Source of the DNA: Thermoplasmatota archaeon
GTDB lineage: Archaea > Thermoplasmatota > E2 > DHVEG-1 > B18-G2
Reading direction: 5' to 3'
Length of the DNA stretch: 35,162 bases
Assembly: GCA_029259115.1 (NCBI GenBank)
Contig: JAPDJO010000030.1
Span: forward strand, 1-35,162
The position numbers and the translations under genes were made by a program. Under the pieces are notes generated by a model. That model saw only the letters and a list, made by a program, of their open reading frames with translations. It ran no database searches and had not been told where the DNA came from. How positions within the stretch are numbered: position 1 is the stretch's first letter; each line of letters begins with the position of its first letter. Below, one piece after another: positions 17,967-28,131 of this stretch.

Positions 17967-18398
17967 ATGAAAGTGGTAAAAAACGGAGATAAAGTAAAAC
18001 TTCTATGTGAAGCGAAATTGGAGAACGGGGAGATCTACTATAAATGGGGAGAAGAAAATCCTCTGGAATTGATTATAGGGGAGGGAACATTCTTTCCGGC
18101 TGCTGAGGAGAAGATAAAGGACATGAAGGAAGGAGAAACAAAGACCATAACCTTGGAACCCAACGAAGCATTTGGACCTTACATGGAAGAACTAGTTCTA
18201 GAAGTGCCAAAAGAAGCATTTAGACCAGGTGCGAAGCTAGAAAAGGGATCGAGAATAAGGATAAACACGCCATCTGGGAAGGTCTTCTATGGCATCATAT
18301 CCGAAGTCAAGGATGACACCGTAATACTCGATTTAAATCATCCATTGGCCGGGAAGAAAATAATACTCACAATAACCGTAATATCTATAGGTGAATAG
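17967..18398 (+). CDS. Short FKBP-type PPIase (SlyD/MtFKBP17-like, no His-rich tail)
   Basis: GDKVKL, PLELIIGEG, MKEGETKTITLEPNEAFG, IF domain and DLNHPLAGK; start ATG 17967. Confidence 0.9.
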   Translation: MKVVKNGDKVKLLCEAKLENGEIYYKWGEENPLELIIGEGTFFPAAEEKIKDMKEGETKTITLEPNEAFGPYMEELVLEVPKEAFRPGAKLEKGSRIRINTPSGKVFYGIISEVKDDTVILDLNHPLAGKKIILTITVISIGE

Positions 18399-18462
18399 TC
18401 CAGAACATTAAGAAAAGCTTATACCTTCATCTTTTATCCATTTTAAGAAAGGAGGGATTGCA

Positions 18463-19515
18463 GTGGAAGATATCATCAGGAAAATCAGAGAGAAATCTCC
18501 AATAAGGGTCTATGAAAGAAGCGTAAGAAATATCTTGGGAGCCATAGTGTCAAGTAAAAACTTCTGGAAAATAGTTGATCTGAGTGAGGAGCCTTTACCT
18601 TTAGTTGCAGATGTGATAGAAATATTGAAAGAAAAGGGTTACGTGAAAATCGATGATGGTATATTACTAACAGATAAGGGTAAAAAATTGATCGATAAAG
18701 AAGGTATAGAAGGTGCAAAAGAAATTCAGTGTAAACATTGCTCCGGAAGAGGAATAAGTATAGAGGATTTCAAAGATATCTTGAAGGATTTTGAGAGGAT
18801 CGTAAAGGATAGACCTCTGCCAAAACAGGAATTTGATCAAGCCTTTGTTACATCGGAAACCGTCATTGCTAGGATAGCTTTTATGCTCTCAAGGAACGAT
18901 ATCGTGAATAAAGAAATTTTCGTCATAGGTGATGATGATCTCACAAGTGTAGCCCTTATGTTATCTCATCTTCCAAAGAGAATAACTGTCATAGATATAG
19001 ATAGGAGATTAACAGATTTCATAATGAAGCTGTCAAAGGAGATAGGGTATAGTAACATAGATATTCTGACTTTTGATATAAGGGAAGAACTTCCCGATGA
19101 TATGAGAAAGAAATTCGATACATTCATAACGGATCCCCCGGAGACAATATATGCCATAAAGGCTTTTGTTGGAAGAGGGATTTCCTCCCTGAGGGCACCT
19201 GGCTGTGCCGGATACCTCGGGTTGACCAGGAGAGAAAGTTCCTTGGATAAATGGGTGAAAATAGAAAGGGTGCTGGTCGATGAATTTAAAGTAGTTATCA
19301 CTGATATAGTGAAGGATTTCAATGAGTACGTAAATTGGGGCTATGAAGAAAAAACAAGAGCTTGGAAATTATCCCCTGTTAAGAAAAAGCCTTTGCACAA
19401 CTGGTACAAAAGCTATATGATAAGGGTAGTTACTCTTGATGAATCTGTTGGATTTGATGGAAAGATAGAAGTAGATGAAGAGCTTTATAATGATGAGGAG
19501 AGTTCAACGACATAA
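18463..19515 (+). CDS. bpsA: Branched-chain polyamine synthase (N4-bis(aminopropyl)spermidine synthase)
   Basis: N-terminal winged helix, CKHCSGRG, EFDQA, GDDDLTS, DIDRRL, TDPPET, FNEYVNW and WYKS motifs; GGAGGG SD before GTG. Confidence 0.88.
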   Translation: MEDIIRKIREKSPIRVYERSVRNILGAIVSSKNFWKIVDLSEEPLPLVADVIEILKEKGYVKIDDGILLTDKGKKLIDKEGIEGAKEIQCKHCSGRGISIEDFKDILKDFERIVKDRPLPKQEFDQAFVTSETVIARIAFMLSRNDIVNKEIFVIGDDDLTSVALMLSHLPKRITVIDIDRRLTDFIMKLSKEIGYSNIDILTFDIREELPDDMRKKFDTFITDPPETIYAIKAFVGRGISSLRAPGCAGYLGLTRRESSLDKWVKIERVLVDEFKVVITDIVKDFNEYVNWGYEEKTRAWKLSPVKKKPLHNWYKSYMIRVVTLDESVGFDGKIEVDEELYNDEESSTT

Positions 19516-19529
19516 TCTAAATTGATAAC

Positions 19530-20702
19530 ATGTTATTGGAGATAGGTTTAGCGCTGCTGATAGCTAAACTGTTTCATTACCTTTTTGAGAGAGTAAAGCA
19601 GCCAGCCGTTATAGGAGAGATAATAACAGGAATACTCCTTGGACCATATGTGGGAGGGTTAGTTGGTGTAAACGTTCTATCTGCAGATACAGCCGATGTT
19701 TTTGAGGGGCTGGCAAAGATAGGAATAATATTGCTTCTATTCATATCAGGCTTGGAAATCGGAGTAGATGAGTTAAAAGGTGTTGGGAAGAAGGGTGCAG
19801 TGACATCCCTATTTGACGTTCTTGTTGCTTTTTTCTTTGGTTATCTTGCTGGAAAGATTCTTGGTCTGGGGTTTGTAGAGAGCATAGCTATAGGAAATAT
19901 AATGGTGGCGACAAGTGTTGGAATAACCGTGAGAACCTTGCTGGAGATGGATAAGTTACATACTAGGGTTGGAGAATTAATACTAACTGTAGCTGTTTTG
20001 GATGATGTCCTAGGAATACTGGTTTTGTCGATAACCCTTGGAACGGGACAATCAATACTAGATTTTCTTGGTCTTGAAAAGACTGTTATACTTTTCATTT
20101 CTGTAATCCTGTTCTTTGTGATATTCGTTGCATCTCTTTTCACTATTGACAAACTAAAGAAGTACCATCTCTTTATGCCAAGATTCCTTCTAACGGCATC
20201 CTTATCTGGAGCATTGATATTTGCTGCAGTAGCGAAAAGTTTGGGTCTTGCAGCTATAACAGGATCATTTTTTGCTGGTTTAGTGGTAAGTAAATTACCG
20301 CATAAGGATAGAATTTTAGACCCCATCAGATTAATCTCTGACCTTTTCTTCGTACCACTATTCTTTGTTTGGGTGGGTGCATCTTTCGATTTTAGTGCGC
20401 TTGAAGGACTAGGAGCTCTAGTTGCGATCTTCATACCCATGGCTCTTGTAGGGAAGATAATAGGCTGCTCTTTGGGATCCAAACTCTGTGGATATAGCAA
20501 TAGAGAAGCTTTATCTGTTGGTATCGGAATGATGCCTAGGATGGAGATAGCACTTGTCGTAGTAACTACAGAAATGGCTATGAATGTATTCAAGAGTCCT
20601 GCCCTTGCACATCAAGTTCTTGCTGCGACTATACTTTTGGTCATAATTTCATCCCTGATAACTCCACCTTTACTAAAAGCAGTTTATCCTAAGGAGAGTT
20701 AG
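19530..20702 (+). CDS. CPA2-family cation:proton antiporter (NapA-like)
   Basis: QPAVIGEII.G, LLFISGLE, ATSVGIT, AVLDD and GMMPRME motifs; about 12-13 TM segments. Confidence 0.9.
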   Translation: MLLEIGLALLIAKLFHYLFERVKQPAVIGEIITGILLGPYVGGLVGVNVLSADTADVFEGLAKIGIILLLFISGLEIGVDELKGVGKKGAVTSLFDVLVAFFFGYLAGKILGLGFVESIAIGNIMVATSVGITVRTLLEMDKLHTRVGELILTVAVLDDVLGILVLSITLGTGQSILDFLGLEKTVILFISVILFFVIFVASLFTIDKLKKYHLFMPRFLLTASLSGALIFAAVAKSLGLAAITGSFFAGLVVSKLPHKDRILDPIRLISDLFFVPLFFVWVGASFDFSALEGLGALVAIFIPMALVGKIIGCSLGSKLCGYSNREALSVGIGMMPRMEIALVVVTTEMAMNVFKSPALAHQVLAATILLVIISSLITPPLLKAVYPKES

Positions 20703-21831
20703 ATTTCTTTTTCTTTTCTATTTCCTTGAGTTTTTCATCGACTTTTGCTGCAATATCTTCTTTTCCAGTTAGCCACCTAGTCAAGTCCTTCTCTTTCCCT
20801 TCGATTTTTCCTAGTTTCTTATCTATCTTCTCTATAATAGAATCTCCACCAATAACCCAAGTATCCGGTTTAGCTTTAGGTTTTGATGGTCTAAAACTTA
20901 TGGGTGAGGTCTCTGGTTTTGCAGTTGCTATCCTTTTTCCTCCTTCCTTCTTTGGCTCTCCAACTATAATTTCTTCTATCTCTATCCTCTCCTTAGAAAC
21001 CGGTTTGCTATCCTCAATAGATCTGAGGGGTTTTCCTTCAAACTCCACAGGCTTTTCTTCATTGATATTTTCTTCGCAAGTTTCTTGGATCTCTTCTTTC
21101 CTCTGTATATACCTAATGGTTCCAGCAAAGAAAAAAATGATCGAGAGAGCAATACCTATGGCTATGAAAAAATTCCTGCTATTGAGTTTGTCCAGTAAAG
21201 AGCCTTGGGATGGAGAAATGAAACCATCTATCTTTGCGCTTTCGTACCCCTCCTTACTTACTTCGATATATGCTACAGTTTTTGTATCCACATCTGGAGC
21301 TTTCAAAACAGCTATACCACTTGCATTTGTTTTTGAAAAAATTTCCTTTCCTTCTATTTCCAACTTGACATCCACATCCTTGACAGTGTTTCCATTCTCA
21401 TCTCTGACTTCAACTGTTATCTCATCTCCAGATTTCACAGAAAACGTTGACGGATATATGAAGAGTTTTGCTTTGTTCTTCACGATAATTTCAACATAAG
21501 CATCTTCATACCCCTCCTTCCTGACCACTATCTGCATCTTTCGATCAGAACTTACTTGAGGAGCTGTTAGATAACAAAATGGATAGTTTGGATCTGATCT
21601 ATCAAAATAATAAGTTTCCCCATTAAACATAACAGTGTAGTTGTCTAAAGGTTGAGAAGGATTGTCTTTGTCAGTCACATAAACTAAGAAGGTTTCACCC
21701 TCATATACCTCGTTAATTACGTCTATGTCTTCGTTAACTATTATCAATTCTAACTCTTTACATTGGGATATCGATGCTAATATTAGGGTAATTAGAAGTA
21801 CGGAAGTTAGCATGTACACTGTTTTGTGCAT
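20689..21831 (-). CDS. Hypothetical single-pass membrane protein (signal peptide, two beta-rich Ig-like repeats, TM, charged cytoplasmic tail)
   Basis: Two repeats ending LTAPQV..RKEGYE and LKAPDV..SKEGYE; TM FFIAIGIALSIIFFFAG; GAGGAGGGG SD. Confidence 0.8.
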   Translation of the reverse strand: MHKTVYMLTSVLLITLILASISQCKELELIIVNEDIDVINEVYEGETFLVYVTDKDNPSQPLDNYTVMFNGETYYFDRSDPNYPFCYLTAPQVSSDRKMQIVVRKEGYEDAYVEIIVKNKAKLFIYPSTFSVKSGDEITVEVRDENGNTVKDVDVKLEIEGKEIFSKTNASGIAVLKAPDVDTKTVAYIEVSKEGYESAKIDGFISPSQGSLLDKLNSRNFFIAIGIALSIIFFFAGTIRYIQRKEEIQETCEENINEEKPVEFEGKPLRSIEDSKPVSKERIEIEEIIVGEPKKEGGKRIATAKPETSPISFRPSKPKAKPDTWVIGGDSIIEKIDKKLGKIEGKEKDLTRWLTGKEDIAAKVDEKLKEIEKKKKSNSP

Positions 21832-21906
21832 ATCCCCTCCTCTGAATTTTTGTATATCCTTTGCCTATATTTAATGGTTTTTGAACAGTCCAATTTACAA
21901 AACATA

Positions 21907-21920
21907 TTTTTATATAAAAA
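21907..21920. promoter_or_regulatory. Palindromic TATA-like element in the divergent intergenic region
   Basis: TTTTTATATAAAAA is a perfect 14-bp palindrome between the divergent genes starting at 21831 and 22015. Confidence 0.35.
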
Positions 21921-22014
21921 CTAGACTTAAAGTACTCCCTACAAAAGCAAAACCTTTATTAAAGATGGTGTGCATATTATACCTCCAGAATAAAAATAAA
22001 TCTTCGGTGCTCCC

Positions 22015-24909
22015 ATGAGGAAAGTAATCTGGGCATCTGTGATTATCACAGTATTGCTAATCCTGCCAACACAATATTTATCAACCTTCTCATTAGAATC
22101 AAACGACTGCAACGTCTTTTACTTCAGAGACGATGTGCTACCTTACCTCTCTAAATATCCGCCGGAGAAGGAAGAGGGTAATATCACTTTAGATAAAGCT
22201 TTTGTTCTAGAGAACGTCACATCCGTAGATGGTGAAATATATTTCGATCTCTACTTCAAAGCCCCCTTGCTCAATCTAACCGGTATCATGGAGTTACTAC
22301 TTACAATGTTGCCTGTATTTTCTAATATAACTATAGAACGACCAGGCGTGAACAGAAGTATAGGAGAAATACTCGAAAACATATCTCTTCCAGAATGGAA
22401 TATATCTCATCCTGCTATGCCAGAGATCATCTCGAAAATCAGTTACAATGTATCTGTAAATATCGGTGATATAAGCAAAGTAAAAACAATCGAGGTTTGC
22501 AGACTAGACGATTACTCAGAGCCTGGTCTTAACATATCTGTTACGAGTATTTTTGAGAACATAACCAATATAACAAAGATCATAACTACACTATTGGGAA
22601 AAGAAAGTAAGGTGGTGCACAAGAAGTTTTACATCGAGGGTATAAACTTCAACTCGACAGAAGAAGATGTTTTATTCGTAGAGATATACTGTGAGGATGA
22701 ACTATTACGGGCTCTTGCGCCAGCTATTGAGGTTATTCAATATACAAATGAGAGCGATTTACAAACTATAGTTGAGGAGTACATGGAGGTCAGCAACCTA
22801 ACACGATTTAAGGGTGTAGCAGGATTATTTGTTAAACTGACAAAAACCCTGCTGAAATGGATATCGAATAGTGTCGGTTTTATTTACGACTCATCTGAGT
22901 ATCCTTCAAATATAAAATTCTGTGGGACCGTTACTGGTTATGAGAAATTTGGTGCGGAAAAATACTATTTAAGGAGGATCAAGATCGATGGCAATTACAG
23001 CCTAGTCTTGGACAAAGAAGAGATCAAAACCAATGATACCATAGAAAGGGAAATATCTTCCAATATGATATGTTGGGAGCTTAGGGAACCATTTAGCGAA
23101 CCGACTAGAATTTTGGGCAACGTCTCTCTCCGTTTGTACATCCAGTGCGAGAGCATGGTGGAGCTATACCCTGTAGAGGCAACAATATATGACAAAAAGG
23201 GTAAGAACTATACAAAATTGGCGGCAGGCGTTGCCAAAATATTTAGTTACAAATACAGAAATCCAGCACCTTTAGACATAACTATAGAAAATGTTGATCA
23301 TACCTTTGAGAAAGGACATGTTTTGGTTTTAGGTCTAAAAATAGTGAATAGGACAATAGAAGCCATTGGCGTAGAATTAACTCTCCATAGACCAAAACTG
23401 CTTTTTAATTCAGAAGAGTATCCCTCATATATCCAAATTATTACGGCACCCCTTGATGACATTGAAGTAAAATTCTCGGACGAAACAACCCTAAGCCCGG
23501 AGATAAAAAGAGCAGAGGTCGCACGATACAACATAACAATAACAAACAAAGGAGAAACAGGAGACACTTTAACCCTCTCCCTTAGACTCCTAGGAGAGAT
23601 GAATCAGTGGCCGGAGGGCTGGCGTGCCGCCATAGAGCTGCCAGGAAAAACAGAGATTAGAGAGTATGATTGGGAAGATTCTGTGTATATCTCAGGTAAA
23701 GAAACCTTAAATATAACCATAAGCATCTATCCATCCCCAGATTCGCCAGACGGTAGCAAGGTAGATCTTCTTTTCTCGGCTAGAGGTACATACAGAGGTT
23801 CAGATTCTCTAAGTGATACGATAAGGATCAAGATCGGCAAAATAGATATAAAATTCGTAGCTGAACCCGAGAACAAAGAGATAGAAGTTGGAAAGAGCTT
23901 CAGTTATACATTCAAGGTGAGAAACGTAGGGGAAGAGGTTGACGATTTTATCGTAAATGCAACCTCTGAACACGGATGGATTGTAGGTAATACCAGTTTT
24001 GTTATAGAGGATCTCTATCCGGGAAATGAAACAGAATTTTCAATAACTATCAGAGTTCCAAGAAATCTTTCTTCTCTTCCTGTGGAGGATAATCTGACCG
24101 TGCTGGTAAAATCAAAGACAGATCCTGATGAGGGGGATGGGGCATGGGTTGTAACTAAAGCTGTAGAGCTATCCATATTTGACAGGATAAATGAATTCTT
24201 TGGTGGAATAACCAACTCGCTAAAAGGACAGTTTGGAGAAGCAGCATCACTCATAGCACTCGCGGTTCTATTGGCTATAGCGCTAATAATCATACTATCT
24301 CTAATCCATGTGTTCACTAGAAAATATGCAGAGCTAATATGCTTAGATAGGATAAAGGAGATATCCCCAGGAGAGGAGGCGAGGTTTGATATAACCATAA
24401 AGAATCCATCAAAGATGAGATTAAGCTATGATGCGTATGTAGATAAAGATATAATACCTGAGGGATGGGATGTAAAGATTTCAGAGAGCGAGTTTAGACT
24501 AGATCCGGGAGAGGAGAGAAAGGTATCAATATTTGTTAAGGCTACAGAGAACATAGATCCAGATGGATTTGCAAAGATAAGGCTCTTTGTTATTCCCAAA
24601 GAGAAATCGAAGACCTATTACATGGATCTTATTGTCACTTCAAAAAACGCAATCGTTGATCTCAAAATCGAGAACGTATCTCATTTACCGAGAACATTTA
24701 AATCAGGAGATACGGTAACGACAAAATTCATTCTTAGAAATAAAGGTACAGTTGGGGCAAAGAATGTGAGAGTCTCTCTTAGGGTAAATGGAGAGGAAGT
24801 GAATTCTGCAGATATAGAAGAGATACCTCCTGAGGGTTATGCAGAGATAGAGATGCCATGGATAGCTTATCCTGGCAGGAATGATATTAGCATAGTCGCA
24901 GAGATGTGA
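22015..24909 (+). CDS. Large single-pass surface protein: two PepX_C-like beta-sandwiches, Ig-like (NEW3-like) repeats, TM, then further Ig-like/CARDB-like domains
   Basis: Signal peptide; repeated (Y/F)(D/N)SxEYPSxI endings; ITNKGETGD and VRNVGEEVD motifs; TM at about 24240-24320; C-terminal DLKIENVS..LRNKG..GRNDISIVA. Confidence 0.8.
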   Translation: MRKVIWASVIITVLLILPTQYLSTFSLESNDCNVFYFRDDVLPYLSKYPPEKEEGNITLDKAFVLENVTSVDGEIYFDLYFKAPLLNLTGIMELLLTMLPVFSNITIERPGVNRSIGEILENISLPEWNISHPAMPEIISKISYNVSVNIGDISKVKTIEVCRLDDYSEPGLNISVTSIFENITNITKIITTLLGKESKVVHKKFYIEGINFNSTEEDVLFVEIYCEDELLRALAPAIEVIQYTNESDLQTIVEEYMEVSNLTRFKGVAGLFVKLTKTLLKWISNSVGFIYDSSEYPSNIKFCGTVTGYEKFGAEKYYLRRIKIDGNYSLVLDKEEIKTNDTIEREISSNMICWELREPFSEPTRILGNVSLRLYIQCESMVELYPVEATIYDKKGKNYTKLAAGVAKIFSYKYRNPAPLDITIENVDHTFEKGHVLVLGLKIVNRTIEAIGVELTLHRPKLLFNSEEYPSYIQIITAPLDDIEVKFSDETTLSPEIKRAEVARYNITITNKGETGDTLTLSLRLLGEMNQWPEGWRAAIELPGKTEIREYDWEDSVYISGKETLNITISIYPSPDSPDGSKVDLLFSARGTYRGSDSLSDTIRIKIGKIDIKFVAEPENKEIEVGKSFSYTFKVRNVGEEVDDFIVNATSEHGWIVGNTSFVIEDLYPGNETEFSITIRVPRNLSSLPVEDNLTVLVKSKTDPDEGDGAWVVTKAVELSIFDRINEFFGGITNSLKGQFGEAASLIALAVLLAIALIIILSLIHVFTRKYAELICLDRIKEISPGEEARFDITIKNPSKMRLSYDAYVDKDIIPEGWDVKISESEFRLDPGEERKVSIFVKATENIDPDGFAKIRLFVIPKEKSKTYYMDLIVTSKNAIVDLKIENVSHLPRTFKSGDTVTTKFILRNKGTVGAKNVRVSLRVNGEEVNSADIEEIPPEGYAEIEMPWIAYPGRNDISIVAEM

Positions 24910-24914
24910 ATACC

Positions 24915-25787
24915 ATGTCTAAAAAGGTGAGGAGAGAGGATCTTGCAAATGCTGAAAAGAAATACCAGATGCTGATAGAAAAAAGAAATGAGCTAAACGA
25001 GATAGCAAGAATTCTGAGAGATGAGAGAAATCTTCTCAATGAAAAAAAGAAAGAGCTTCTCGAAGAGATGAAAAAATGCAAGGAGTTGAGAGACAAAGCG
25101 GTCCAAGAGATGAGGAAGCATAAAGAAATGAGAAATAAACTCCAACATGAAGCTAAAAAATTGATCGAGGAGAAAAGAAAAAATAGAAAGCTTATGGTGA
25201 AAAGCTTACCTTTGAGAGTAGAGGAACTCAATGCAGAGATACAAATGCTGGAATATAAACAGGAGACCACTCCTATGAGCAAAGATGAAGAAGACAGAAT
25301 CATAGAGGAGATTAGGAAGAAAAGGGAAGAATATGATAGACTTAAGAAGGAATTGGAAAAACAGAAAGAGATAGAAATCAAATTGAGTGATGCAGAGAAA
25401 GCTATAGATGAGTTATTCAAAAAGGCAAATCAAGAACATGAGCTTGTTCTCAAGTTTTATAAGGAAAGTCAAGAGTACCATAAAAAGTACATCAAATTAG
25501 TTCAGGAAGTAGCTGCGCTGATAAACGAAGCTAAGAAGAAACACGAAGAGTATCTGGAGGTAAAGCGTCAGGCTGACGAATTTCACAGGAAGGCGATGGA
25601 GATGAGGGCAAGGATTATAACGATAAGAAGAGAAATAAGAGCAAAGAGAGAGGAGGCAAAGAAAGCTATAGAGGAGATAAACATAAAAGCAAAACAAGCT
25701 CTTTTCGATGAGAAGAAACTCGAAGAGATTACAGAAGAAGCCCTTGAGAATCTGAAGAAAGGAGGAAAGATAAGTATAGGTTTGTAA
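24915..25787 (+). CDS. Conserved archaeal long coiled-coil protein (COG1340-like)
   Basis: Nearly all K/E/R heptads, with LEYKQETTPMS..EE and C-terminal KKGGKIS. Start is ATG 24915 or GTG 24906. Confidence 0.8.
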   Translation: MSKKVRREDLANAEKKYQMLIEKRNELNEIARILRDERNLLNEKKKELLEEMKKCKELRDKAVQEMRKHKEMRNKLQHEAKKLIEEKRKNRKLMVKSLPLRVEELNAEIQMLEYKQETTPMSKDEEDRIIEEIRKKREEYDRLKKELEKQKEIEIKLSDAEKAIDELFKKANQEHELVLKFYKESQEYHKKYIKLVQEVAALINEAKKKHEEYLEVKRQADEFHRKAMEMRARIITIRREIRAKREEAKKAIEEINIKAKQALFDEKKLEEITEEALENLKKGGKISIGL

Positions 25788-25909
25788 GCTCATTGCAAAT
25801 TTTTCAAGATTTTTGATTAGAGTTTGTTCCTAGCCTTTATAGATCGATTCTAAAATCGTCGAAAAATAAATCGACAATTTTAAATAGAATTTCAAGGTTG
25901 CATCCCTCA

Positions 25910-26959
25910 ATGGCTGGGATTGGAATAGTGAGCTATGGAGCCTATATACCTATAAATAGGATAAAAATTGAAGATATAGCCAGTACATGGGGAAAGAATG
26001 CTGAGGATATAAAGAGAGGATTAAACGTTTTCGAAAAAACCGTTCCTTCTCCCGATGAGGACGTAGCAACGATAAGTGTAACAGCATCTAGATATGCTTT
26101 ATTAAGAGTGGATATAAATCCAAAGGACATAGGTGCCATCTTTATAGGTAGTGAGTCTCATCCATATGCAGTAAAGCCAACCAGCACTATAGTTGGAGAG
26201 GCAATAGGTGCAACCCCGGATCTTCTGGCTGCAGATTATGAGTTTGCATGCAAGGCAGGAACCGCAGCGATCCAGAACTGTCTTGCTCTAGTTAAGTCAG
26301 GCATGATAAAGTATGGCCTAGCAATAGGGGCTGATACAGCTCAATCTGCGCCTGGTGATGCGCTAGAATATACAGCATCGGCTGGAGGAGCAGCATTTAT
26401 AATAGGCAAAGACAAAGTGATAGCCACGATAAATTATACATGCTCATTTGCTACTGATACTCCAGATTTTTGGAGGAGAGAGGCCAGAAAATATCCTAGA
26501 CATGGGGGAAGATTCACGGGGGCTCCTGCATATTTCAGGCATATAGTGGGTGCAGCTGAAATGCTGATGAAGAAAATGAACACAAAACCTGAAGATTATG
26601 ATTATGTGGTGTTTCATCAACCCAATGGTAAGTTTCCAGTAAATGTTGGTAAGAGGCTCGGATTTAAAATGGAACAGATGGAACAAGGTCTGTTAACACC
26701 ATACATAGGAAATACCTATTCTGGAAGTTCACCCTTGGGATTATGTTCCGTTCTCGATGTTGCAAAACCAGGAGACAGAATAATGCTTGTAAGCTATGGT
26801 TCTGGGGCTGGCTCGGATGCGTTTGATATAACTGTTACAGATGAGATAAAGAAGTTTGAGAGAGATAAAGCTCCTACGATAAAGGAGATGATAGAAAAGA
26901 AGAGATATGTTAATTATGCAATATACGCAAAATATAGAAATCTTCTCTACTGGGAGTGA
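25910..26959 (+). CDS. Hydroxymethylglutaryl-CoA synthase (archaeal)
   Basis: [18 protein letters not shown] (catalytic Cys), [22 protein letters not shown] and SYGSGAGSD motifs. TTTAAATA ends 23 nt before ATG 25910. Confidence 0.95.
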   Translation: MAGIGIVSYGAYIPINRIKIEDIASTWGKNAEDIKRGLNVFEKTVPSPDEDVATISVTASRYALLRVDINPKDIGAIFIGSESHPYAVKPTSTIVGEAIGATPDLLAADYEFACKAGTAAIQNCLALVKSGMIKYGLAIGADTAQSAPGDALEYTASAGGAAFIIGKDKVIATINYTCSFATDTPDFWRREARKYPRHGGRFTGAPAYFRHIVGAAEMLMKKMNTKPEDYDYVVFHQPNGKFPVNVGKRLGFKMEQMEQGLLTPYIGNTYSGSSPLGLCSVLDVAKPGDRIMLVSYGSGAGSDAFDITVTDEIKKFERDKAPTIKEMIEKKRYVNYAIYAKYRNLLYWE

Positions 26960-26964
26960 TCTAG

Positions 26965-28131
26965 ATGAGGGATGTTGCTATAATTGGAGTGGGGTTAACA
27001 AAGTTTGGTGAACTTTGGGATAAATCTTTCAGAAATCTTATAACAGAGGCTGGAACAAAAGCAATACTGGATGCTGGTATAGAAGGAAAAGAGATAGATG
27101 CGCTTTATGTTGGTTCAATGAGTCCAGGTAGATTCGTAGGACAGGAGCATATTGGTGCTTTAGTAGCGGATAGCTCAGGCTTATCTATAATGAACATTCC
27201 AGCTACCAGAGTAGAGAGTGCGTGTGCATCTGGAGGCATGGCTTTAAGACAAGCCTATATAGCGGTAGCATCAGGAATACATGATATAGTTGTTGTAGGT
27301 GGAGTAGAGAAGATGACAGACGTTGCCGGTGGTGAGGCAACAAATATTTTAGCGATGGCTGCCGATCAGGAGTGGGAAGCCTTCTTTGGTGTTACATTTC
27401 CAGCTCTCTATGCCATGGTTGCGAGAAGACATATGTATGAGCATGGCACAACAAGAGAGCAACTCGCCATGGTTGCTGTGAAGAATCACGAAAACGGTTT
27501 ACTGAATCCTCATGCTCAATTCCATAGAAAAATAACCATAGATGATGTGTTGAATTCTCCAAAAGTTGCCGATCCTTTGACTTTGCTCGATTGCTCGCCT
27601 ATCTCTGATGGAGCGGCTGCTCTTATTTTAGCACCACTTGATAAAGCAAAGGAATATACTGACAAGATAGTTAAGATAATTGGATCTGGACAAGCTTCGG
27701 ATTCATTGGCTCTGCATGGAAGAGATGATATATGCACGTTTAAAGCTACGGTTGAGGCAAGCAGACAAGCTTATAAGCAAGCAGGCATAGAGCCAAAGGA
27801 TATCGATGTTGCAGAGGTTCACGATTGCTTTACCATAGCAGAGATCCTAGCTATAGAGGATCTTGGTTTTGTTAAGAAAGGAGAGGGTGGAAAGGCTGTT
27901 GAGGAGGGTAGAACAAGAATAGATGGAGATATTCCAGTAAATCCAAGTGGAGGTCTAAAGGCCAAAGGTCATCCTGTTGGCGCAACAGGTATAGCTCAAG
28001 CAGCAGAGGTTGTTCTCCAGCTAAGAGGAGAGGCAGAGAAGAGGCAAGTCAAGGATGCTGAAATAGGACTAACTCATAACATCGGTGGAAGCGGAGCGTC
28101 TTGCGTAGTGCACATAATGGAGGTGGTTTAG
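26965..28131 (+). CDS. Acetoacetyl-CoA thiolase (archaeal, SCP2-like)
   Basis: [38 protein letters not shown] and HNIGG motifs. Confidence 0.95.
   Translation: MRDVAIIGVGLTKFGELWDKSFRNLITEAGTKAILDAGIEGKEIDALYVGSMSPGRFVGQEHIGALVADSSGLSIMNIPATRVESACASGGMALRQAYIAVASGIHDIVVVGGVEKMTDVAGGEATNILAMAADQEWEAFFGVTFPALYAMVARRHMYEHGTTREQLAMVAVKNHENGLLNPHAQFHRKITIDDVLNSPKVADPLTLLDCSPISDGAAALILAPLDKAKEYTDKIVKIIGSGQASDSLALHGRDDICTFKATVEASRQAYKQAGIEPKDIDVAEVHDCFTIAEILAIEDLGFVKKGEGGKAVEEGRTRIDGDIPVNPSGGLKAKGHPVGATGIAQAAEVVLQLRGEAEKRQVKDAEIGLTHNIGGSGASCVVHIMEVV

Noticed and set aside
19841-21499. Long antisense ORFs (250 aa at 19841-20593, 257 aa at 20726-21499) and other shadow ORFs
   Set aside because: They lie opposite well-supported genes, have Ser/Ile/Phe/Pro-biased shadow composition and show no recognisable motifs.
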